Positions 24,916 through 32,000 of a DNA stretch of 32,000 bases are shown here, piece by piece; positions within the stretch are counted from its first letter, which is position 1, and every line of letters begins with the position of its first letter. The stretch is from assembly GCF_000212395.1 (NCBI RefSeq), contig NC_015499.1, positions 1,157,421-1,189,420 of the forward strand. The letters run 5' to 3'. Both the position numbers and the translations under genes were made by a program. A model generated the notes under the pieces. The model worked only from the letters and a program-made list of their open reading frames with translations, did not search any database and had not been told where the DNA came from. Source of the stretch: Thermodesulfobium narugense DSM 14796 (lineage in GTDB: Bacteria; Thermodesulfobiota; Thermodesulfobiia; Thermodesulfobiales; Thermodesulfobiaceae).

Positions 24916-25126
24916 TCATTTCACTCCCTTTTTTGAGACATATATAAAAATAAATTAAAGAAAATAAGAATAAATAGCATTTTTATAAAAATTTACATAA
25001 CTTACTTTATATTTTACAACCCACTTTGATAAAAAAAACAACTATTTTTAATAAAACTTACTTATATTACACTAAATTATATTTATTTGTATTTTCCCAA
25101 TTTAGATATATTAAACACTTTTAAAA

Positions 25127-26497
25127 CTACACTAAAGCGCTAAAAATTATCTCAGAAAGCGTTGGGTGAGCATAAATTATGTTCTTTAGCTCAGTTACAT
25201 TTGCTTTACTTTGCATTGCAATAGCCATAATATGAACTAACTCGTATGCCATAGGACCTATAAACATGGCACCAAGTATAATCTCATCTTCAGAAGTAAG
25301 GACCTTAAAAAAGCCTGAATTTTGACCCATAATAAGTGCTTTTCCATTGCCTTTAAAAAATGCCCTGTATGTTTTATAAGAAATTCCTTTTGATTTCAGG
25401 TCTTCTTCTGTTAATCCAATACAACCTACACCAGGATCTGTAAATACCACCCTTGGCAAAAGTTCATAATTAACACACTCAGTTTCGCCAAGTATTTTTT
25501 TTGCAACAAATATTCCTTCTCTAGTAGCTACATTGGCTAGCATTGGAGTTTTTATAATATCTCCTACTGCATATACGTTACTGTTATTTATGCTAAAATC
25601 ATTCTCTGTAATTATGTAATCCCTTTCGGTTTTTGCATTAATAGCCTCCAAATTCAGATCCTTTGTATTAGGTCCTCTTCCTACAGAAACTAATATAATA
25701 TCCACAAGAGCCTCTTTAACTAAATTACTTTTTCTATTTTTAAAATTAACCAATATCTTTTCATCTTTGTTTTGAACATTTACAATCTCTGAATCAGTAT
25801 TTACAGATATATTTCTCTTTTTAAATTCTCTCAGAAGAGTGCGAGAAACCTCATCATCTTCTACTCCCATTATCTTAGGTAAAAATTCCACAATTGTTAC
25901 GTTTGATCCAAAATAATTTAGTAACGACGCAAACTCACAACCTACATATCCTCCTCCAACAACAAGAATGTCTTTTGGCAAGTTTTTCAACTTTAAAAGA
26001 CCGCTACTTGAAATAATTTTATTTTCATCGATATTCAAAGTTGAAAGACTTTTTGGATATGAGCCTGTTGCTAAAACAATGCTATCAGCAAAATAATCAA
26101 CACCGTCAACCCTTACTGCATTATTAGTTACCAGCATCCCCTTACCAAAGATCATATTAACTTTTGACCTTTTCAGTCTTGAAATTATTCCCTGTCTCAA
26201 TTGAGATTTCTGATCCTCTAAAAGCTTCACTGCATTAGAATACTCTATTCTGAAGTCAACATTGAAAACATCTTTGTATTCTTTCATTCTTTGTACCAAA
26301 TGAGCGCTTTCAACTAGCGACTTTACAGGAATACATCCTTCATTTAAACATGTACCGCCAATATTTTCTTCAGATTTATCTACCAAACATACACTTTTTC
26401 CTCTTTCTCCTAAATAAAGCGCACATTCATAGCCTGCTGGTCCAGCACCAAGAATAATCGCATCAAATTTATTTTCCAACCTCAACTTCTCCCACAA
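25127..26497 (-). CDS. lpdA: Dihydrolipoyl dehydrogenase (E3 / glycine cleavage L-protein)
   Basis: FAD motif ILGAGPAGY, redox disulfide GGTCLNEGCIPVK, NAD motif VVGGGYVGCEF, C-terminal HAHPTLSE. The track start is TTG 26497, which overlaps lipA by 16 nt. An alternative TTG at 26479 lies 2 nt after the lipA stop and gives M-ENKFDAIILGAG. Confidence 0.9.
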   Translation of the reverse strand: MWEKLRLENKFDAIILGAGPAGYECALYLGERGKSVCLVDKSEENIGGTCLNEGCIPVKSLVESAHLVQRMKEYKDVFNVDFRIEYSNAVKLLEDQKSQLRQGIISRLKRSKVNMIFGKGMLVTNNAVRVDGVDYFADSIVLATGSYPKSLSTLNIDENKIISSSGLLKLKNLPKDILVVGGGYVGCEFASLLNYFGSNVTIVEFLPKIMGVEDDEVSRTLLREFKKRNISVNTDSEIVNVQNKDEKILVNFKNRKSNLVKEALVDIILVSVGRGPNTKDLNLEAINAKTERDYIITENDFSINNSNVYAVGDIIKTPMLANVATREGIFVAKKILGETECVNYELLPRVVFTDPGVGCIGLTEEDLKSKGISYKTYRAFFKGNGKALIMGQNSGFFKVLTSEDEIILGAMFIGPMAYELVHIMAIAMQSKANVTELKNIIYAHPTLSEIIFSALV

Positions 26498-27351
26498 GAT
26501 AAATATTTTTGTGCGTTATATGAGCTTCTTACATATGGAGCACTTTCAACATGTTTAAAACCAAAGTTTCGTGCAATTTCTCCTATTTCTTCAAATTTGT
26601 CTGGATGAACGTATTCATAAACCTCGACATTCTTCAAACTTGGTCTTAAATATTGCCCTATACTAATAAAATCACAGTTAATTTTAATAAGCCTTTCAAA
26701 AACTTCCTTTAATTCGTCCATCGTTTCTCCCAAGCCAAGCATTATCCCAGTTTTTGTAAAGACATTTTGAGATAATTTTTTAACACTTTCTAAAACATAT
26801 AGGGATCTCTCAAATGAAGCCCCTTTCCTAATAGCATAAAGTCTTGGAACAGTTTCCAGATTGTGACCAAAAATCTCAGGATTTAACCCAATTACTGTTT
26901 TAATTGAATCAGTATCACCCTTGAAATCAGGCACTAAAACTTCGATAGTAACATTTGGATTAAGATTTCTAATAGCTTTTATAGTGTTTGCAAAGTGAAG
27001 TGCTCCGCCATCAAAAATGTCATCCCTAGTAGGGGATGTGATTACTACATGAGAAAGATTCAGTCTTTCTACAGCTTGAGCTACTCTTTCTGGCTCATAC
27101 GGATCTAAAGGTTTTAGTAAATTTTTATCCTTAGCTTTCTTTACATTACAAAATTCACAAGATCTCGTACATACATCACCCATTATTAGAAAAGTAGCAT
27201 GTCTATTACTAAAACACTCTGATATATTAGGACACCTTGCTTCTTCGCAAACAGTGTTTAACTCCAAATCTTTTAGTAAAACTCTTGTATAGTTCTCCGT
27301 CTTTTGACAAACTTTCTTATGAAGCCACGCAGGTTTCTTTTTCAATACCAT
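26482..27351 (-). CDS. lipA: Lipoyl synthase (radical SAM)
   Basis: N-terminus KKPAWLHKK, auxiliary cluster CEEARCPNISEC, radical-SAM motif CTRSCEFC. Overlaps the upstream gene by 35 nt. Confidence 0.92.
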   Translation of the reverse strand: MVLKKKPAWLHKKVCQKTENYTRVLLKDLELNTVCEEARCPNISECFSNRHATFLIMGDVCTRSCEFCNVKKAKDKNLLKPLDPYEPERVAQAVERLNLSHVVITSPTRDDIFDGGALHFANTIKAIRNLNPNVTIEVLVPDFKGDTDSIKTVIGLNPEIFGHNLETVPRLYAIRKGASFERSLYVLESVKKLSQNVFTKTGIMLGLGETMDELKEVFERLIKINCDFISIGQYLRPSLKNVEVYEYVHPDKFEEIGEIARNFGFKHVESAPYVRSSYNAQKYLSCGRS

Positions 27352-28105
27352 CCCTATTCCAACTTTCAGATAAATATTTTTTCTCTCTCAAAAAAGAAGC
27401 AAGCCTAATTTCCTCTTTTGTTGGTTCACAAAAATCTAAATCAACTTTCATTTCCTTACTAAAAAACGTTGCAAGACCTTTGAGTGCGCTCTCATAAGAT
27501 ATATCTTGAACCCAATCTTGAAGCGAATTTCCATGCTCATAAGGCTTAGAAAGATTTCTTCTACTCTTTACTGGGATAGAACCATGTTGGAATATTACAT
27601 CGTGAGAGCGCTTTTGTGCATTCCCCCCAACCTTTTGGCCATCTATTAAAATATCATACTTTTCCTTACCCTGATAACACAATATTGGGTTTTTCTCCGA
27701 ATCAGCATTTTCACACTCACATGCCCATTTGGCATTTAGATTTAAAGAATTATAGAAGTCCAACACAAAAGAAGTCAATTTTTTGTAAGAGTCAACTACA
27801 GACAAATTGCCCAAATGTTCTTGAGAACAAACAATAGAGTATGAAATTTCTTCATGATGGTACAAAGCATTCCCCCCCGTCAACCTTCTAACAAAAAAAC
27901 CTTCCTCGTGAGACAAAAAAACCTTGTTAATATCAGATATTTTTTGAAATCTCCCCACTGATAAAACTGAAGGATGCCAAAAATAAAATCTTATTACAGG
28001 TTCTCTTTTCTTTAAGAAGGTTAAATATAAAGCTTCGTCAATAGCCATATTATAATCACCACTTAATGGAGACGAAACTATAAATCTAAACCTCTTACAA
28101 GACAA
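27317..28105 (-). CDS. Lipoate-protein ligase / octanoyltransferase family protein (LplA/LipM-type catalytic domain only)
   Basis: 262 aa with the BPL/LplA/LipB blocks RRLTGGNALYHHEEISYSIV and KVGGNAQKR. It has no LplA C-terminal accessory domain. The TTG start follows AAGGAAGGGActtaga. Confidence 0.75.
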   Translation of the reverse strand: MSCKRFRFIVSSPLSGDYNMAIDEALYLTFLKKREPVIRFYFWHPSVLSVGRFQKISDINKVFLSHEEGFFVRRLTGGNALYHHEEISYSIVCSQEHLGNLSVVDSYKKLTSFVLDFYNSLNLNAKWACECENADSEKNPILCYQGKEKYDILIDGQKVGGNAQKRSHDVIFQHGSIPVKSRRNLSKPYEHGNSLQDWVQDISYESALKGLATFFSKEMKVDLDFCEPTKEEIRLASFLREKKYLSESWNRDGIEKETCVAS

Positions 28106-28203
28106 TCTAAGTCCCTTCCTTCTTAAATATTTAAGATATATAAATCATACTTTTTTATTAAATTATTCAATATTATACAGCTTATTCCAAAATTCATAAT
28201 ATT

Positions 28204-29637
28204 TTAAGCTTTAACAACTAAATCTTTAGCAGCTTTTGTTTCGTCTGGTCTTGAAATAACAGTTGTTTTGGGAAGTTCTTTAAAAGCTACAGGATTTTGC
28301 TCTGCTAATTTAACCGCATCAATAATAGCACCTATAAATTTATCAAGAGTTTCTTTCGATTCTGTTTCAGTTGGTTCAATCATAAAAGCTTCCTTTACTA
28401 TCAAAGGAAAATATATCGTAGGAGGATGAAACCCTCTATCTATAAGAAACTTTGCAAAGTCAAGAGCGCTTGCACCCTTTTTTGCCATTTCAGAAAGAGA
28501 AAACACGCACTCATGCATGCAAGTTCTATCGTATGGAAGCTTTAAATAACCCTTAAGTCTATTCATTACATAATTTGCATTCAAGACTGCCATTTCTGCA
28601 GAATATTTAATACCCTCAGTTCCAAGAAGTTTAATGTATAAATATGCCTTTAAAATAACAGCAAAGTTTCCAAAAAATGACGAAATGTGACCAATAGATT
28701 TATCTGAGTTCGATACGACTACTAGAGAGTCACCTTCTCTTTTTACCCTAGGAATAGGAAGAAAATCTTCAAGAAATTTCTTAACTCCTACCGGGCCAGC
28801 TCCAGGGCCTCCGCCGCCATGTGGAGTGCCAAAAGTCTTGTGCACGTTAACGTGTATAACGTCAAACCCCAAGTCACCCGGCCTGACCTTTCCCATTATT
28901 GCATTGAGGTTTGCACCATCATAGTACATTAATGCTCCAACAGAATGAGCTAAATCAGAAATCTCTTTTATGTTCTTCTCAAATAAACCCAAAGTATTAG
29001 GGCATGTCATCATTACTGCGGCCACATCAGTATCAAGATGTTTTTTTAGCTCATCTACATCCATTTCCCCTTCACTATTTGAAGGTATTGTAACTACCTC
29101 ATAGCCTACCATAGATGCACTTGCAGGATTTGTGCCGTGGGAAGAATCGGGTACAATAACTTTGGTTCTCTTTGAATTTCTTGATTTGTGATAGCTAGAG
29201 ATAATCATAATTCCAGTTAGCTCACCGTGAGCTCCAGCCATTGGATTAATAGTAGCATAGTCCATTCCTGTTATCTCACACAAAATGTCTTGGAAGTCTG
29301 AAATAAGTTCAAGAGCACCCTTACACCTATCAATACTATCTGGCAATATAGACAAAAATGGGTGAAGATTTAAAAATTCAGGGATATTTGCAGCTTTTTC
29401 TAAAATTTTTGGGTTATACTTCATCGTACAAGAACCCAATGGATAAAATTGAGTATCCACAGAAAAATTCAATCTGGAAAGATTGATAAAATGTCTTATA
29501 AGATCTAGTTCTGATACCTCAGGCAAATTAAGTTCTGATCGAGAAAGCTCACCTGGAAAATCTTTCAAATTTACGTCTGATTCAGGCAAGTTAAAAGACT
29601 TTCTACCGCTCTTCGACTCCTCAAATATTAATTTCAT
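28204..29637 (-). CDS. gcvPB: Glycine dehydrogenase (decarboxylating) subunit 2
   Basis: PLP-lysine block HVNVHKTFGTPHGGGGPG. I prefer the start MKLIFEESKSGR at ATG 29637..29635, which overlaps the gcvPA TGA (ATGA). The track start 29661 would add 8 residues inside gcvPA. Confidence 0.92.
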   Translation of the reverse strand: MKLIFEESKSGRKSFNLPESDVNLKDFPGELSRSELNLPEVSELDLIRHFINLSRLNFSVDTQFYPLGSCTMKYNPKILEKAANIPEFLNLHPFLSILPDSIDRCKGALELISDFQDILCEITGMDYATINPMAGAHGELTGIMIISSYHKSRNSKRTKVIVPDSSHGTNPASASMVGYEVVTIPSNSEGEMDVDELKKHLDTDVAAVMMTCPNTLGLFEKNIKEISDLAHSVGALMYYDGANLNAIMGKVRPGDLGFDVIHVNVHKTFGTPHGGGGPGAGPVGVKKFLEDFLPIPRVKREGDSLVVVSNSDKSIGHISSFFGNFAVILKAYLYIKLLGTEGIKYSAEMAVLNANYVMNRLKGYLKLPYDRTCMHECVFSLSEMAKKGASALDFAKFLIDRGFHPPTIYFPLIVKEAFMIEPTETESKETLDKFIGAIIDAVKLAEQNPVAFKELPKTTVISRPDETKAAKDLVVKA

Positions 29638-30956
29638 AACATGGCCTCCAAAATAGAGCATACGTTATCAATCTTTTCTTTTGACATCTTTTCAGTTATG
29701 TTTATCAAAATGTCTTTTTCTGAACCACCAAACAGGTATAGTGGAACCCCAAAAGCAATATTCTTTGATAATAGTGCTAAAAAAATCTCTTTAGCAGGCT
29801 TATTAAATTCGACAACAAATTCATTAAAAGTAGTTGCATTGTTCTTTATGTTTAAACCTAATTCTATCAACTTTTTCTTCATATATTCGCTTTTACTAAA
29901 ATTTATTTGAGCTAATTCTTTCAAGCCGTTTTTCCCAAGAGAACACAGATAAACCAGAGCCCTCAAAGCACATAGTCCTTCATTAGAGCATATATTAGAG
30001 GTCGCACGATGTCTTTTTATGTGTTGCTCTCTAGCTTGGAGAGTTAAAACGTAGGCTTTTTTATTATTTCTATCCAATGTTTCGCCCACAATCCTACCAG
30101 GCATATTTCTAATGTATGCCTTTTTGGTTACCAAAAAACCAAAATATGGTCCTCCAAACGAAAGCGGATTTCCAAGTGATTGTCCTTCACCAGTTGCAAT
30201 ATCTACTCCCATCTGGCCAGGCGTTTTAACAATTCCTAAAGAAATAGGATATACGCTTGATACTGCCAAAATTCCCTTTTCATGGGCAAAGTTGACAAGC
30301 TCAGTCCAATCATGAACGCTTCCATAAAAAGTTGGGTTTTGAAAAACAAAACAAGCCACGTCAGAATCAAGCATAAATTTTATCTTATCAAAATCTGGTT
30401 CAATCCCATTTGTTTCAACTTCGATTAATTCATATGGCAAAAATTTTAAATACGTCTTGACTATATTTCTGTATATTGGGTTAACGCTTTTGTCCATTAT
30501 TATCTTTTCTCTTCTAGTGATTCTAAGCGACATTAAAACAGCTTCTGCAAGAGCAGTTCCGCCATCGTAGAGAGAGGCATTTGTCACCTCAAGGTCAGTT
30601 AAATTACAAATAGCAGTCTGATACTCAAACAGCGCTTGTAGAGTTCCCTGAGAACATTCTGGTTGGTAAGGAGTATATGCAGTATAGAACTCAGATCTTG
30701 ATGCAACAAAATCAACCACACTTGGAATTATGTGATCGTATAGACCCGCACCAATAAAGTGATATGATATTAAATTATTTTTTTTGGCCAGATCTAAAAT
30801 ATGATTGTATCCTTCATGTTCAGAAATTCCTTTACCCAATTTTTTAAAATTAATTTCTTCGACAGGAAGATCTTTAAACAAATCATCAACTTCATTTACA
30901 TTACAAACAGAACACATTTCCTTTATGTCTTCTTGTGTATGTGGACAAAAATTCAT
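29634..30956 (-). CDS. gcvPA: Glycine dehydrogenase (decarboxylating) subunit 1
   Basis: 440 aa with the typical GcvPA blocks FIGAGLYDH.IP, YTPYQPE.SQG.LQ..FE.Q and NASLYDG.TA.AEA. The start lies 2 nt after the gcvH stop. Confidence 0.92.
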   Translation of the reverse strand: MNFCPHTQEDIKEMCSVCNVNEVDDLFKDLPVEEINFKKLGKGISEHEGYNHILDLAKKNNLISYHFIGAGLYDHIIPSVVDFVASRSEFYTAYTPYQPECSQGTLQALFEYQTAICNLTDLEVTNASLYDGGTALAEAVLMSLRITRREKIIMDKSVNPIYRNIVKTYLKFLPYELIEVETNGIEPDFDKIKFMLDSDVACFVFQNPTFYGSVHDWTELVNFAHEKGILAVSSVYPISLGIVKTPGQMGVDIATGEGQSLGNPLSFGGPYFGFLVTKKAYIRNMPGRIVGETLDRNNKKAYVLTLQAREQHIKRHRATSNICSNEGLCALRALVYLCSLGKNGLKELAQINFSKSEYMKKKLIELGLNIKNNATTFNEFVVEFNKPAKEIFLALLSKNIAFGVPLYLFGGSEKDILINITEKMSKEKIDNVCSILEAML

Positions 30957-30958
30957 TT

Positions 30959-31333
30959 TTAGTCCAGCTCCTTAATATAGTTTTCATATGATGCCTTGTC
31001 CATAAGATTATTAAGCTCGCTAGGGTCAGAAACCTTAACCTTTGCTATCCAACCTTCTTCTTCTGGACTCTTGTTTATAATTTCAGGTTCATTTTCCAAT
31101 TTACTATTCACTTCAATTATTTCTCCACTTACAGGAGCATACACATCACTAGCAGCTTTCACAGACTCAATAGTACAGAATATACTAAATTGCTTAATTT
31201 CAGTGCCAACTTCTGGCAATTCAACATAAGTAATATCTCCTAGCTGATGTTGAGCATAATCTGTAATTCCAATCGTTCCTACATTGCCATCTATTTCTAA
31301 CCACTCGTGATCTTTTGAATAATATCTTGACAC
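30959..31333 (-). CDS. gcvH: Glycine cleavage system H protein (lipoyl carrier)
   Basis: 124 aa with YSKDHEWLE and the lipoyl-lysine motif IESVKAASDVYAPVSGEI. The GTG start lies 7 nt after GGAGG. Confidence 0.93.
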   Translation of the reverse strand: MSRYYSKDHEWLEIDGNVGTIGITDYAQHQLGDITYVELPEVGTEIKQFSIFCTIESVKAASDVYAPVSGEIIEVNSKLENEPEIINKSPEEEGWIAKVKVSDPSELNNLMDKASYENYIKELD

Positions 31334-31366
31334 AGATATTCCTCCTTTTAAAGTAATATTTTTATT

Positions 31367-32000
31367 TTATTTTCTAAGAGATCCATCTTTATAAAACGGT
31401 ATTTTTTCAACTACAGCTTTAATTATTACTCTATCTTGAGACAATTCTAAAATTGTATTCTCACTACTATATTGAGGTTTTACATAGCCCATACCAATTC
31501 CCTTTCCTAGCGATGGGGAAAAGCCTCCACTAGTCACATATCCAATATCCATACCATCTGCAAAAATCTTATAACCATGTCTTGGAGCCCTTCTGCTATC
31601 ACAGACAAAACCTACTCTTATTTTTTCTAACTCAGTCTCTTTTTGTTTCAAAAGCGCTTCTTTGCCTACAAAATCTTTATCAAGGTGAACGAAATAAGAG
31701 AGATCAGCCTCTAATGGTGTAGTGTCTTCATCAAGATCACTACCATACAAAGGGTAACCCATTTCAAGTCTTAGCAAATCTCTTGCACCAAGCCCAGCAG
31801 GCTTTATTCTTTCATCTTTAAGTAAATCGTTCCAAACATCAACACAAATAGTTGACGGCATATATATCTCAAAGCCTAGTTCTCCCGTATATCCAGTTCT
31901 TGAAAGTATCACTTCTTGATTCATAAGGCTGGTTTTAGTAAAAGAAAAATATTTTAACTCATCTATAATCCCTGGAAAATATTTTCTTAACAGTTCTCTT
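31367..32000 (-). CDS. gcvT: Aminomethyltransferase (glycine cleavage T protein), C-terminal part; the start lies beyond the right edge
   Basis: The track ORF starts at an internal Met (31924). The same frame stays open to the window edge (...RELLRKYFPGIIDELKYFSFTKTSLMNQEVILSRTGYTGELGFEIY...), matching the GcvT core and C-terminal barrel. Confidence 0.88.
   Translation of the reverse strand, partial: RELLRKYFPGIIDELKYFSFTKTSLMNQEVILSRTGYTGELGFEIYMPSTICVDVWNDLLKDERIKPAGLGARDLLRLEMGYPLYGSDLDEDTTPLEADLSYFVHLDKDFVGKEALLKQKETELEKIRVGFVCDSRRAPRHGYKIFADGMDIGYVTSGGFSPSLGKGIGMGYVKPQYSSENTILELSQDRVIIKAVVEKIPFYKDGSLRK

Larger units (their letters stand above)
20491..24930 (-). repeat. Tandem segmental duplication, copy B (fdnG-Sec, fdnH, fdnI)
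   Basis: Collinear with 14839..19284. Nucleotide identity is mosaic: a 47-nt perfect match (21553..21599 = 15904..15950) and a 90/93 match (21868..21960 = 16219..16311), against visibly lower identity at the fdnG 5' end. Confidence 0.9.

Noticed and set aside
28204-29661. N-terminal extensions given by the ORF track (gcvPB MLYFGGHV-, MBL MEVV- at 5948, panE-like MII- at 8072, thrS extra M at 3788)
   Set aside because: In each case a downstream ATG has a correctly spaced GGAGG-type SD or a stop/start overlap with the preceding gene. The longer form would start inside the upstream gene or on top of the SD.
31925-32000. Glycine riboswitch controlling the gcv operon
   Set aside because: The gcvT coding frame is still open at the window edge, so any leader lies outside the sequence provided and cannot be assessed.
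1-32000. CRISPR arrays, IS elements or integrases, phage genes, toxin-antitoxin or defence-island signatures
   Set aside because: I found no spaced short repeats, no transposase-, integrase- or nuclease-like ORFs, and no long non-coding stretches. The only large repeat is the FDH operon duplication.

Overview
AT-rich bacterial chromosomal segment, almost entirely coding. A TolC-family outer membrane factor suggests a diderm host. I saw no rRNA, CRISPR array, transposase or integrase. Left to right: the first 639 codons of a PAS/GAF sensor (-), thrS (-), tRNA-Val(GAC) (-), a GGDEF cyclase (-), an MBL-fold hydrolase (-), rarA (+) and a second MBL-fold protein (-). Next comes a ketopantoate-reductase-family gene abutting an efflux operon of TolC, HlyD-type adaptor, ABC ATPase and two FtsX permeases (+). 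The minus strand then carries two tandem paralogous FdnGHI-type formate dehydrogenase operons (Tat-exported, membrane-anchored) separated by fdhE, followed by a gcvT-gcvH-gcvPA-gcvPB / lipoate-transferase-lipA-lpd cluster. Main finding: ORF-track fragments 21922..24342 and 24355..24915 are one gene. They are joined by an in-frame TGA (24355..24357) that aligns exactly with the active-site Cys codon (TGC, 18706..18708) of the neighbouring paralogue, and a SECIS-like hairpin follows it. A selenocysteine FDH and a cysteine FDH isoenzyme therefore sit in tandem with unrelated upstream regions, which suggests a selenium-dependent isoenzyme switch. I do not see a convincing wholly new system such as a defence island. 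The rest reads as ordinary core metabolism, transport and signalling.
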